A DNA stretch of 64,000 nucleotides. Source: a virus. Taxonomy: Duplodnaviria > Caudoviricetes. The notes under the pieces were generated by a model that worked only from the letters and a program-made list of their open reading frames with translations, searched no databases and was not told the origin of the DNA. Below are positions 27,001 through 36,157 of the stretch, in pieces. The first letter of the stretch is position 1; each line of letters begins with the position of its first letter. The stretch spans positions 28,287-92,286 of the IMG/VR virus record IMGVR_UViG_2929541355_000001. One strand, 5' to 3'. Made by a program: the position numbers and the translations under genes.

Positions 27001-28796
27001 CTGTGCGCCTCCTGGAGAACCTCGGCTTCCGCGTCACACACATGAAGGACGGCCGGTTCAAGGTCACCGCCCTGACCGGCGAAGCCATCGCCGGACTGGC
27101 CGGCGTACAGCGGATGCGCAACGGCCTGAAAGACAAAACGATCCGCCTCACCACCATTCAGACGACGGTCAGGCGCACGATCGCGGAGAACAACACGATC
27201 GGCCGCCCTGGAGCCGGTGAGGGCGGACAGTCGAAGTACGCGGACGGTGGCATCGTCCACCGAGCCGCAGAGGGCCTGTTCGTCCCTGGGTACGCGCCCC
27301 GCCAGGACACGGTCCCCGCGATCCTGTCCCCGGGTGAAGGTGTCCTGGTGCCCGAGACGGTCCGCAAGCTCGGCGCGGCCACGGGCAAGGGCGGTCCAGG
27401 CGTCATCAAGGCCCTGAACATGTGGGGGCGCTACGGCAACAACATCATGGCGTTCTCCGGGGGCGGTACCGTCCCTCAGCGCTTCGCGTCCGGCGGCTTC
27501 ACGTACGCGCCAACAGGATCCCGCCGCAGCACCTCCGATGTGCAGTCCGCGTACTCCAACGCCCACCAGCCCATCACGAAGGACGACTACCTCAAGAAGA
27601 TCCGGGCGCAGCAGAACGCCGTCGACAACCTGCACACCGCAGAGGCGCGGCTGCGCCAGGTCCGTAAGAGCAAGCACTCCCACGCCCAGTTGGTTGCGGC
27701 CGAGAACCGGGTGTCGAAGGCCCGTCGTGCCGTCACCACCGCAACCGAAGCGGCCCGCAAGGCCGAGACTCGGTATAAGAAGACTTTCTCCCTGTCCGAC
27801 TGGCAGAAGACGTTGAACACCGCGGTGAAGGCCAACACGTCGTGGGAGTCGAATCTCAACAAGATTGCGGCCCGTGGTGGGGGAGCCGTCATCGACCAGC
27901 TCCGCGACATGGGCGAAGAGGGCGCCGCCATCGTCGCCGCCTTGGCCAAGGCTTCGACGAAGCAGTTCAACAGCATCGTCGCGAATCTGAAGAAGCTCGG
28001 CCCGCTCGCAAAGGCGTCCCTGGCGGACTACACGAAACAGCTCGCCGTCACGAACAGGACCAACACCGTCTTCCAGGGGAACCTGGCGAAACTGGCCGGC
28101 CAGGGCTACGGCGACCTCGCCACGCAGCTGGCCGGGCAGGGCGACGAAGCCGCACAGAAGCTTGCTGCGGAAGCCGTGAAGTCGAAGACGAAGGCCTCGT
28201 CGGCGAACAAGGCGGCGAAGACGTCTGGTGCGCAGCTGTCCAGCGATGAGCTCGCCGAACTGATCCAGATCATCGCCGCGGTCAAGACATCCAAGACCGG
28301 CATCCATGACGTTGCCGGGTCCACGGGGCTCGGCGAGGACGAGATCATCACCATCGCCACAAAGGGATCCGCACAGATCAAGAGCAGCCTCGGGTCCCGG
28401 GCCACAAAGTTCCTTGTCGACCTCGGCCGGGCCAAGAAGGGGCTCTCCTACGCCAACGGCGGGATCCGCCCTGGCGTCTACTCCACCGCGGGCGGCGCTG
28501 TCACGTTTGCCGAGCCGTCCACGGGCGGGGAGGCCTATATCCCCCTCGGGGCGTCGAAGCGCGGCCGCGCCACCGACGTCCTGCGCGACGTTGCCGGCCG
28601 GTTCGGCGTCGGCCTCACCGACGCAGCTGGCGGAGCCGGGCGAGTGGTCATCGTCCGCGAGCAGGGCCCCCTCATCGGCTCGCAGACCTGGCAGGTCACC
28701 ACCGGCGGAAATGCCACCGACACCGCACGGAAGATCGACGCCGACAACGGCTACCAGCTACGGCGCCTCGCGCGCGGAGGGGTCGCAGCACGATGA
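24084..28796 (+). CDS. Tape measure protein
   Basis: About 1570 aa, Ala-rich helical; YADGG/DTVPAILSPGE and AEPSTGGEAYIPL motifs. Confidence 0.92.
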   Translation: MAQWNLSVDLRGSGNNLARTLQTNARHARTLADAARDAQGEIRGLGAASRTAQGHITGVGRASDQARTRLLGMARQARSAAGEFRDLARAAELAERRLRGAMRDIRITARLDDDTAPGRAALRASIDDIQRLSPVRIRVRFDGDSTQIAAAAAAMRDLHTHADRTDTALTRLATRSTAATLALRATNDAAGNLARTLRTLRRRATDAAGALDELSSRALLAVGGLRALNATASTTDSHLTSLSDRTRTLRTDLDDLDSSLRQVGSRMGDLRGSATTLGSSTNSAAEGTNNLMLGAVALATALIPVAASVVPIAAGLTAAGVAIGAFGGAVAGQIVALTESAEAEEKYQKAVREHGTASSEAATAEKEYLRTVHEMPAATREAAAGLSVLKDDYKDWSDALSGDTMPVVTKSMSLFGSILPRLTPLVRGTSKELDRLLNVAMGGMRTPGFDRFVTAFTRFATDSLNRGTTGIIKFTQALDTGNIGDNLREFLDYARTNGPLVADTLGNLAQAAMHLLVAASDMGVSVLTAVNALAKLVNAVPAPALSAFLQLYAVLKLVSLGVAMVGAASGGAAAANLAAFVRSARFGGVGPAITGVVQRMSALQKAAVGLGVLGLVAIGIDKLADKARGAPPDVDRLTTSLKQLAVTGRMTGELKDTFGGFDGLIESMKKYQAEVGKAEKASEGAFGFRIPGVSDLSDWFGDKANDLSQGEESLNALKDDFKGVDEALAQMASSGNTKEAATGFDLLSKAGKKAGWSTKELSDLFPEYKNALADLKAEQQLAAAGLGLFGEQAQATKAKLDAQKQSTDGLRQSVVALNDVNRAALGGMIGFEAGIDAAEKAAKKNAGSLRMVNGELDLNSPKAQAAATALADLGSKTDAATTAARESGKSWEYVNGIYTRGEKAIIKNAMAMGLSKAEAKAFAATVLTIPDKKSTLLEMRTEDAIVGLDAVIAKIKATPGAKSVTVKALTTDAVRLLENLGFRVTHMKDGRFKVTALTGEAIAGLAGVQRMRNGLKDKTIRLTTIQTTVRRTIAENNTIGRPGAGEGGQSKYADGGIVHRAAEGLFVPGYAPRQDTVPAILSPGEGVLVPETVRKLGAATGKGGPGVIKALNMWGRYGNNIMAFSGGGTVPQRFASGGFTYAPTGSRRSTSDVQSAYSNAHQPITKDDYLKKIRAQQNAVDNLHTAEARLRQVRKSKHSHAQLVAAENRVSKARRAVTTATEAARKAETRYKKTFSLSDWQKTLNTAVKANTSWESNLNKIAARGGGAVIDQLRDMGEEGAAIVAALAKASTKQFNSIVANLKKLGPLAKASLADYTKQLAVTNRTNTVFQGNLAKLAGQGYGDLATQLAGQGDEAAQKLAAEAVKSKTKASSANKAAKTSGAQLSSDELAELIQIIAAVKTSKTGIHDVAGSTGLGEDEIITIATKGSAQIKSSLGSRATKFLVDLGRAKKGLSYANGGIRPGVYSTAGGAVTFAEPSTGGEAYIPLGASKRGRATDVLRDVAGRFGVGLTDAAGGAGRVVIVREQGPLIGSQTWQVTTGGNATDTARKIDADNGYQLRRLARGGVAAR

Positions 28797-29689
28797 CCAC
28801 ACCCGTAGAGCTCCTGGATGGGCAGCACCAGCTCGGCACCGTCCTGATCGGCAAGGGCACCCCGGTGACGATCGCGACGATCGAGGGCCTGGGCCTTCCG
28901 CCGATGCGGACCGGGGATGTGGAGCCGCCGGGGGAGGACGGGCTGTGGCTGGGCCGCGACTACTACGGCGGCCGCACGATCCGCATCGACGCCGCGGTTC
29001 GCCGCCCCGGCGACGAGGCCGGCGCCCTCGACACGGTGTCCTCGATCCAGAGGAACTCCGACAACCGCAACATCCGCCAGGCGGGCGGGGCCACCGTGAA
29101 CCTGCGCCTCAAGTTCCCCGGCCGGCCCACCCGTGTGGTCCGGGGCCGTGTCCGCAAGGCCGACACCGACCTACAGAAGGCGATCCACGGTTGGATTCCG
29201 GTCGATATCGAGTTCCAGTCCGACGACTACCTCTACTACACCGACGAGCCCGACACGACCGGCATCCCTCTCGCCGTCCTGTCCTCGGGCGGGCTGACGT
29301 TCCCCTTGATGTTCCCGTTCACCATCGACGGCGATCCGGCGGCGGTCGGTCGGCCCGGGTTCCTTGATGTCGGCGGCAACGCTTCTACGTGGCCGGTCCT
29401 GCGGGTCACCGGCCCGTGCGCGAACCCGGTGATCACACACGTCACGTCCGGCCGGACCTTGTCGGTGCAAGCGACCCTCGCGGCGGGGGAGTGGGTGGAG
29501 ATCGATACCCGACCCGGGTGGCGGTCCGTCCTCCGCGACAACGGCGGTGCCGCCCCGCTCTCACCGACGAGCCGCATCGACCTGTTCCGCCTGTCGACCG
29601 GCATCAACGAGATCCGGTGGACGGCCACCGACCCGACCCTCACCAGCACGCTGGCCGTCACCTGGTGGCCTGCCTACAAGGCCCTCTAA
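28793..29689 (+). CDS. Distal tail protein (Dit)
   Basis: After TMP; FPLMFPF, GNASTWPVLRVTGPCANP. Confidence 0.8.
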   Translation: MTTPVELLDGQHQLGTVLIGKGTPVTIATIEGLGLPPMRTGDVEPPGEDGLWLGRDYYGGRTIRIDAAVRRPGDEAGALDTVSSIQRNSDNRNIRQAGGATVNLRLKFPGRPTRVVRGRVRKADTDLQKAIHGWIPVDIEFQSDDYLYYTDEPDTTGIPLAVLSSGGLTFPLMFPFTIDGDPAAVGRPGFLDVGGNASTWPVLRVTGPCANPVITHVTSGRTLSVQATLAAGEWVEIDTRPGWRSVLRDNGGAAPLSPTSRIDLFRLSTGINEIRWTATDPTLTSTLAVTWWPAYKAL

Positions 29690-29699
29690 GGAGCCCCTG

Positions 29700-30653
29700 A
29701 TGGCCCTCAACCCTGTCCCCATCGCTACGACCGGGGCATCCCACACCGCCCAGCAGTTCCGCATGATGATCAAAGACCTGTCGCGGGACAATCAAGGTGT
29801 CACCACAGGACTCGACCTCAAGGTCACCGCCCTCGCCACCCCCGGTGCCGGTGTCCAGATCAGCGACGGGTCCGGTGTCATCGCCGGGAAGGTCTCCCCC
29901 GTCCAGGGCTACTACTCCGCGTACAACATCGGCTCCGACACGGTCAACATCGCGTCGACCGGCGGCACACCCCGCTCCGACATGCTCGTCCTGCGCGTCG
30001 AAGACCCCCAGTACGAAGGCACCCGGAACCCGGCAACGGACCCGATCGTGTTCTGGGAAGTCGTTCCGAACGTGTCCTCCACGGCCACGACCGTGCCGTC
30101 CGGGTACTCGGCGATCCCGCTCGCCCGGATCGACATCCCCGCGTCCACGGCCACCATCACCAACGCCATGATCAAGGACCTGAGGAAGGTCGCGAACCCA
30201 CGCCGCGACCGGATCCTCACCCCGTACTACGTGGCCGGCGCCCTCACCGAGATCTCGGGCACTACATCAACGTGGCGGACCTTTCCGAACTTCACCCTCG
30301 CCACCCTCGCGATCCCCTCCTGGGCGGCCACTGCGAAGGTCGTCTTCTCCGTGTACGGGCTGCGCCTCACCACCGGCAACGTTTTCGGGGCGTTCCGGTT
30401 CCTCCTCGGCTCGTCCCTCGAAGCCGTGCAGTCCGTGTACATCGACGACAACGGCGGTACCGGTGTTCGCCGCATCTACGTGGAGATGGTCGAGACGATC
30501 GACCTCACCACCACGGCCGGGGCGGCGTTGCGGGGCACGAACCAGACGATCAAGCCCCGCATGCGCACCGACTCCCTCAACACGGGGAAGATCGGCGCCG
30601 ACACCAGCACCACGTTCAAGATCGATGTGGAGTTCCTGGAAGGCCCACTCTGA
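29700..30653 (+). CDS. Minor tail protein
   Basis: PRSDMLVLRVEDPQY...AIPLARI...TITNAMIKDLR. Confidence 0.8.
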   Translation: MALNPVPIATTGASHTAQQFRMMIKDLSRDNQGVTTGLDLKVTALATPGAGVQISDGSGVIAGKVSPVQGYYSAYNIGSDTVNIASTGGTPRSDMLVLRVEDPQYEGTRNPATDPIVFWEVVPNVSSTATTVPSGYSAIPLARIDIPASTATITNAMIKDLRKVANPRRDRILTPYYVAGALTEISGTTSTWRTFPNFTLATLAIPSWAATAKVVFSVYGLRLTTGNVFGAFRFLLGSSLEAVQSVYIDDNGGTGVRRIYVEMVETIDLTTTAGAALRGTNQTIKPRMRTDSLNTGKIGADTSTTFKIDVEFLEGPL

Positions 30654-31750
30654 TGGGCCGGTGGCGGTACTTCACCACGCACCCGCTGACCGGTGCGGTC
30701 CTCCACCCCGCCCTGCCGCTATCCAACGTGGAGTTCGGGTCAGAGGTCAACGGTCCGGGCTCGTTCACGGCGACGATCTCGCCGAGGTGGCTGAGCGCCA
30801 ACGTCACGGCCCTGATGCCGCACGTGTCCCTGATCTACGCCCAGGCCGGCAGCTACCTGCGCTGGGGTGGCCTCGTCTGGACCGTCGAAGCCGAGGACGC
30901 CGAGTACCGCATCGAGGCCGCATCCTGGTCGTCGTACCTGACGAAACGCCACGACACCCATGGTCGGCTGAACGGGCGCGGCCCCTACGTCAACGCTGAC
31001 CCGTGCAACATCATCCGCGACATTTGGGCGTACGCGCAGGAGCAGCCCGACGGGAACCTCGGCGTCGTTGTCGACTCCACCACCTCAAACGCCAAGGTCG
31101 GAACACCGACCGAGCCGTGGTCCTCCTACTGGTACGAGACCCCAGCCCTCGGTGACCAGCTCGACGACCTCGTCTCGGAGGACGGCGCCCCCCAATACAC
31201 GAACACGTGCAGTTTCCAGACCAACGGCACCATTCGGAAGCGCATGGTCCTCGCCTACCCCCGGCTCGGGGCCCGCCGCACCGACATCACCTTCCGGACC
31301 GGCGTCAACATCATCACCGCGCCCCCAGTCCAGTACAACGGCGACGACTTCGCGAACGTAGTCATCGGCACCGGCTCCGGTGAAGGCACCGCGACCCGGT
31401 ACGCCGTCGACCCGGTCCGGGACGGGGGCCTGCGCATGGAGTCTGTGCTGGCCCTGCCCACCGTCAACGGCACCGACATCCTCGGCCGTCGCATCGCCGC
31501 CGAACGCAAACGGCGTCAGGTCATGGGCGACGTGCAGGAAATCACCATCCGGGACCACCCGGCCGCGCCCCTCGGCAGCTGGCAGATCGGCGACGACGTC
31601 CAGGTCAGCGTCCACAACGACTGGGTTTCCTGGACCGGCTGGTCGCGGATCATCGCCGACTCCTACAAGCCCGGCGAGAACGAGGACACCGCGACCCTCA
31701 GCCTGCAACGAGCCGACACATTCCACTACGGATCACCGGAGACGGTCTGA
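30653..31750 (+). CDS. Minor tail/baseplate hub (Tal-like) protein
   Basis: NGPGSF...WGGLVW...YPRLG...ANVVIGTGSGEG...IGDDV. Confidence 0.75.
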   Translation: MGRWRYFTTHPLTGAVLHPALPLSNVEFGSEVNGPGSFTATISPRWLSANVTALMPHVSLIYAQAGSYLRWGGLVWTVEAEDAEYRIEAASWSSYLTKRHDTHGRLNGRGPYVNADPCNIIRDIWAYAQEQPDGNLGVVVDSTTSNAKVGTPTEPWSSYWYETPALGDQLDDLVSEDGAPQYTNTCSFQTNGTIRKRMVLAYPRLGARRTDITFRTGVNIITAPPVQYNGDDFANVVIGTGSGEGTATRYAVDPVRDGGLRMESVLALPTVNGTDILGRRIAAERKRRQVMGDVQEITIRDHPAAPLGSWQIGDDVQVSVHNDWVSWTGWSRIIADSYKPGENEDTATLSLQRADTFHYGSPETV

Positions 31751-33600
31751 TGACGAACATCGCCACGGAGGTCGCCCGGCTGAAGAGCCAGATTGACCAG
31801 ATCAAGAAGGGGCAGCGCCTCTCCCACGGCGCCAGCATCGAGAACGCTGCGATCGAAGTCCGCGACGACGGCGGATCCCTGCGCGCGATCGTCGGCCAAC
31901 AGGGCGACGGCACCACCGGCGCCATCATCGTGAACGGGCCCCCGCCTCCGCAGCCCTCCGCCCCGCTCGTCGCCTCCGTCCTCGGCGGCGTCACCGCATC
32001 CTGGGACGGGCAGTTCGACGGCGGGGCGGTCATGCCCCTGGACTGGGCCCGGGTGGAGGTGCACGCCTCCACCGCCCCCGACTTCATCCCCGACCCGGTG
32101 ACCCTCCAGTCGACGATCGAGACCGCGCAGGGCGCGACCGCCGTCATCGCCTGCGAGAACGATGTGTACGTGCGCCTGCAGGCCCGCACCACATCCGGCA
32201 CCGCATCCACCCCGTCCAGCATCGTCGGCCCGTACGGGCCTGCTCCCGTTGTCGCCACCGACATCCTCGACGGCATCGTCACCACGGTGAAACTCGCCGA
32301 CGACGCAGTCACCCAGGCCAAGGTCGCCGTCGGCGCAATCGGCACCACCGAGATTAGCGACAGCGCGATCACCACCCCGAAGATCGTGGCTGGGGCCGTA
32401 CAGACCGCCCAGCTCGACGCCGAAGCCGTCAACGCCAGCAAGATTGCCGCAGGGGCGGTCACCACCACCAAACTCGACGCCCTCGCCGTGACCGCCGACA
32501 AAATCGACGCGAACGCCGTAATTGTTGGGAAACTCGCCGCCGGGTCAGTCGATGCCACCGCCCTCAAAGCCGACGCGATCACTGGAAAGACCATCACCGG
32601 TGGAGTCATCAATGGTGCCGAATTCCACTCCGACGACGGCGCGGGCAGCCTCGTCGATATCCAAGACGGCACCGTCACCACCACCGCCGCGAACGGGTGG
32701 AAAATCGTCGTCGACCCAACTCAGGCACTGCCCGTCATCGACTTCCTTGACGGCGAAGGAGACACGGCAGGATCAATCAACGCAACAGGCGACAACGCCT
32801 CACCTGCCCTGAACATCTCCTCAGGACCCTTTACCGACGGAGCCGTCACCGACTGGCGGTGGGTTACCGTCATGGGCCAGACCAGCGGCGCCAACGCATG
32901 CATCACAACACGAGTCCGCGAGTCCAACACCAACACCTTCAAGGGCGGCTACCTGGCGCTGAACCCATCCAACGCGCAACTCGCCCTGGTCGACAGCGCC
33001 AGCCCCACCACGAACACAATCTTCCAGATCGAGGCGCAACAATTCATCTTCGATGAAGGGCGCGTCATCGTCGACCCCCCAGCCAGCACATTCCCTGCGC
33101 TCGCCGTACTCGCAAAGTCGGGACACACTGGCACTCTGATCAGATGTCAAGTGAACAGCGTCGACAAGTTCTATGTCACGCCAGCTGGAAACGTCGTCGC
33201 ATCGGGCTCGATCAGCGGGGCGAGCGTGACGGCAACCGGTGCGGTCACCGCAGGAAGTGCAACAGCTACTGGTGCAGTCACCGCAGGGAGTATCACAACT
33301 GCTGGTGCGGTCACCGCAGCCAGCGCCACCATCAGCGGTCTCCTCGCCGCAGGGAACATTGCGTTCGGCACGATTGTCGTCACAACGTCCGCCGCGAACT
33401 CGCCAGCCTCTGCTGCTGTCACGGGCCTCAACGTCGCAGGCACGACCTTCCGCGCCTTCGTCACCGGAAGCTCTGGCGTTCCCGGCACGCAGTTCCTCGG
33501 CGCCGCCGCTACCAACCCCACCGCAAACGGTATGACCGTCACCGTCACCCGCACCAACGCCACGGCGACCAGCGTGTACTGGCTCCTCCTCGGCATTTGA
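31750..33600 (+). CDS. Tail fibre/minor tail protein
   Basis: FN3-like N-terminus; 10-aa repeats (VT..KL/I.A.A), TATGAVTAGS repeats. Confidence 0.75.
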   Translation: MTNIATEVARLKSQIDQIKKGQRLSHGASIENAAIEVRDDGGSLRAIVGQQGDGTTGAIIVNGPPPPQPSAPLVASVLGGVTASWDGQFDGGAVMPLDWARVEVHASTAPDFIPDPVTLQSTIETAQGATAVIACENDVYVRLQARTTSGTASTPSSIVGPYGPAPVVATDILDGIVTTVKLADDAVTQAKVAVGAIGTTEISDSAITTPKIVAGAVQTAQLDAEAVNASKIAAGAVTTTKLDALAVTADKIDANAVIVGKLAAGSVDATALKADAITGKTITGGVINGAEFHSDDGAGSLVDIQDGTVTTTAANGWKIVVDPTQALPVIDFLDGEGDTAGSINATGDNASPALNISSGPFTDGAVTDWRWVTVMGQTSGANACITTRVRESNTNTFKGGYLALNPSNAQLALVDSASPTTNTIFQIEAQQFIFDEGRVIVDPPASTFPALAVLAKSGHTGTLIRCQVNSVDKFYVTPAGNVVASGSISGASVTATGAVTAGSATATGAVTAGSITTAGAVTAASATISGLLAAGNIAFGTIVVTTSAANSPASAAVTGLNVAGTTFRAFVTGSSGVPGTQFLGAAATNPTANGMTVTVTRTNATATSVYWLLLGI

Positions 33601-33623
33601 CCACCAGCAAAGGACACCACCAC

Positions 33624-33851
33624 ATGGCCACCAGCCCTCTCGACCCCGGCGTCACCTTCATCCCCGCCACCTACTACAGCGTCACCGCAACGGACAAGAA
33701 TCCCGACTGCGTGAACCTGAACAAGACCTTCGAAGTCACCCAGTTCTACTCCAACGACGGCCACAACCTCGTCGTTGCCTGCGGACTCTGCGGCCAACTC
33801 ATGACGATCACGTCCGCGAGCATCCTCGACCCCCAGCCCGAGGTCGTCTGA
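33624..33851 (+). CDS. Small Cys-containing protein after tail fibre
   Basis: AAAGGA RBS; C...CGLC. Confidence 0.65.
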   Translation: MATSPLDPGVTFIPATYYSVTATDKNPDCVNLNKTFEVTQFYSNDGHNLVVACGLCGQLMTITSASILDPQPEVV

Positions 33852-33893
33852 CCGGGGGGAGCGTCAGCCCCGCACACCCGTACGCTGACCAGT

Positions 33894-33932
33894 AGGGCGA
33901 CCCTCCGCCCCGCACCACCCCCGAGGGACTGC
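33894..33932 (+). repeat. Bipartite repeat copy 1 (AGGGCGACCCTCCGC-N9-CCCCCGAGGGACTGC)
   Basis: Both 15-mers recur at 36056-36070 and 36093-36107. Confidence 0.8.
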
Positions 33933-34000
33933 CACCGGCCCCGGCCGGAGCAGCACACGCCACCAGCTCTGGGCGCGGGGAAGTGCAGGAGCGCGGGCTA

Positions 34001-34819
34001 GTGCCCACCGATCTCACGATCCGTACGTACGACACGCCGCCGCATCTCGGCCGCCACCAGGTCCTTGATGTGCGGAGTCTCGCGTACCGCCGCCCATACG
34101 ACGGCCGACCCCTCCGGGCCACGGAGTGGGAACCCCGCATCCCCGTCCTCAACCAGCAGCAGCTCGTCGCGCAGGGCATCTACACCTCCCGCGACTACGG
34201 CCTCGACGACGACGTGGACGCCCTGTCGTCGTGCACCGGAAACGCCGGCACCGCCCTCCTGTCGGTCCTCCTCAGCAAGGAGCAGGCGAACGCCGCCGGC
34301 CTGAACACCGACGACGCTGCGGCGGCCGAGCACTTCGCGATCGGCCTGTACGCGGATGCCACCGCCCGCGACGAGTGGCGCGACGCTCAGTGGCCCATCC
34401 AGGACGTCGGCTCGTCCGGCCTCGGCGTCGCCAAGGCGCTGCGCGACCGCGGGCTCATCGACCAGTACGGGCACGCCACCACCGCCGAGGAACTCTGCGC
34501 CCTACTGCAGACCGGACCCGTCCTCATGGGCATGAGTTGGTTTGATTCATTCTCGGCTCCGGACGGCCGCGGCTTCATCGACAGCGATTCAGCGTGGGCG
34601 GACTCGGCGCTGCAGGGCGGCCATGAGGTGTGCGTGACCGCACTTGAAGAGGTGGCGATGATTGACGGAGACCTGGTGCCAGAACATACGGTCCTCCGCT
34701 TTCGTCAGTCGTGGGGAGCGTCCTGGGGTGATCACGGAGAAGGGCGCATGCGCCTCAGCACCTACGAGGCGATGCGCCCTGGAATCGACATCTGCCAGCC
34801 ACGCAGGGACTTCCGCTAG
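34001..34819 (+). CDS. Papain-like (C1) cysteine protease
   Basis: SSCTGNA, GPVLMG, GGHEVCV, QSWGASWGDHG. Confidence 0.85.
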   Translation: MPTDLTIRTYDTPPHLGRHQVLDVRSLAYRRPYDGRPLRATEWEPRIPVLNQQQLVAQGIYTSRDYGLDDDVDALSSCTGNAGTALLSVLLSKEQANAAGLNTDDAAAAEHFAIGLYADATARDEWRDAQWPIQDVGSSGLGVAKALRDRGLIDQYGHATTAEELCALLQTGPVLMGMSWFDSFSAPDGRGFIDSDSAWADSALQGGHEVCVTALEEVAMIDGDLVPEHTVLRFRQSWGASWGDHGEGRMRLSTYEAMRPGIDICQPRRDFR

Positions 34820-35766
34820 GCGGACAGCCCAGCCGCCCGCCGCCTCTGTTTCCATGCGGCCCTACAGGGTCGGCACGTCCGTTTCCCAGTCCGCGATACG
34901 GACGTGTTCACAGCGTTGAACGCGTGGCCGTTCTGGCAGTGCGTCTTCCGAGCGTTGATGGCGGATGGAGAGTTCCCGCGCATGGTGTTGGCCACCGAGT
35001 CCTCGGGCGCCAAGTGGGACGGATTGCAGCAGCGCCGATGGGGGCAGCCGAATCCCCCCTTGCATTCCTCTGCTCGGTGGCACAGGTGATCTATGGTCAG
35101 GCCGTCTGGGATAGGGCCCACGAACGTCTCGTAGACCAAGCGATGAGCCAGCGCGTGGCTGTCCCTGCTCTCTGTTCCTTTGGTATACGCGTACCCTCGC
35201 TTCGAAACTGCCCCTGTCCACGGCCAGCATTCTTCCGGCGCGCGCCGGTCGATGAGCCTCGTGAGACGCGCTTTGAGGTCGCCGTTCTGAATCTGCTGCA
35301 CGACGAGCGGATCGCCGTACCGGCGCTTCCGGTATAGGTGTTTTTGGCACAGGCCGTGGCTCGCTGCGGCCCTCGGGTTCGGGCAGCCCTCAACCGCGCA
35401 GAGGGGCGCGGTGTCCCGATGGTGCTTCCCGTAGTGGTAGGAGCACCTTCCCTTTGAATCCACCGGTTTGTCGCAACCGTCCTCTGAGCACGTCGCCGAC
35501 AAGGGGATCCTTCTTAGGCGACTAGGTGCGGGGTCGCCCGTCTTCTCCCAGCGGCGGAAGTGTTCGAGGCACCATCCCTTGCGTCGCGCCGCCCCGCTGC
35601 ACTCCTCAATGGAGCATCGGGGCGGCAGTGGCGGCACCTTGCGCAAGGCAAGAGGGTCGCCATGGGCCCGCCATCTTTGGTAGTGCGTGGTGCACCAGCC
35701 GCGGACGTAGACCGACTTCTGGCACCCCTTGACGCTGCACGACTTTCCGGTGCTACCCATGCCCAC
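34816..35766 (-). CDS. HNH homing-type endonuclease with four N-terminal Zn-finger repeats
   Basis: 4x C-x4-C...CxxH; CWPW, AHRLVYE, IDHLC...CCNPSHL...N, THCQNGH. Confidence 0.85.
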   Translation of the reverse strand: MGMGSTGKSCSVKGCQKSVYVRGWCTTHYQRWRAHGDPLALRKVPPLPPRCSIEECSGAARRKGWCLEHFRRWEKTGDPAPSRLRRIPLSATCSEDGCDKPVDSKGRCSYHYGKHHRDTAPLCAVEGCPNPRAAASHGLCQKHLYRKRRYGDPLVVQQIQNGDLKARLTRLIDRRAPEECWPWTGAVSKRGYAYTKGTESRDSHALAHRLVYETFVGPIPDGLTIDHLCHRAEECKGGFGCPHRRCCNPSHLAPEDSVANTMRGNSPSAINARKTHCQNGHAFNAVNTSVSRTGKRTCRPCRAAWKQRRRAAGLSA

Positions 35767-35777
35767 TCCATTCGTAG

Positions 35778-35823
35778 TGACTATGAATAGTGTACTCAGG
35801 GTTTACCCTACTGACTATGAATA
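35778..35823. promoter_or_regulatory. Direct repeat TGACTATGAATA x2 in divergent promoter region
   Basis: 35778-35789 and 35812-35823. Confidence 0.7.
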
Positions 35824-35831
35824 TCTCCGGG

Positions 35832-36008
35832 ATGGTGACCACCGATCAGGCAGCAGAGATCTTGGGCGTAAAGAAGGAGTCGGTCTACATCTACGTGCGC
35901 CGACTGGAAGGGTTTCCGCAGCCCACGAAGCTGGGGCGCACGCTGCTCTTCGATGAGGCCGCTCTACGCCAGTGGCGACAGGGCCACCCTGCGCGCCCCC
36001 GCACATGA
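35832..36008 (+). CDS. AlpA/excisionase-like HTH protein
   Basis: TTDQAAEILGVKKESVY...FPQP..LGRTLLF. Confidence 0.8.
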   Translation: MVTTDQAAEILGVKKESVYIYVRRLEGFPQPTKLGRTLLFDEAALRQWRQGHPARPRT

Positions 36009-36055
36009 GCAGGGGGAACAACTGGACTAGTGGGCCATAGCCTTGAACTAGCAAC

Positions 36056-36107
36056 AGGGCGACCCTCCGCTCAGGACTGAAATCCCGTCCGCCCCCCGAG
36101 GGACTGC
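36056..36107 (+). repeat. Bipartite repeat copy 2
   Basis: Same two 15-mers with 22-nt spacer. Confidence 0.8.
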
Positions 36108-36157
36108 ATTCGTGCAGCCGACCAGACTCCCCCGGGGCGGAAAGGACTCACGCGCCC

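Noticed and set aside
31750-33600. Diversity-generating retroelement or tail-fibre shufflon
   Set aside because: No reverse transcriptase, template repeat or alternative fibre cassettes; repeats are ordinary protein repeats
34816-35766. HNH as intron- or intein-encoded
   Set aside because: Free-standing on the opposite strand; flanking genes look complete
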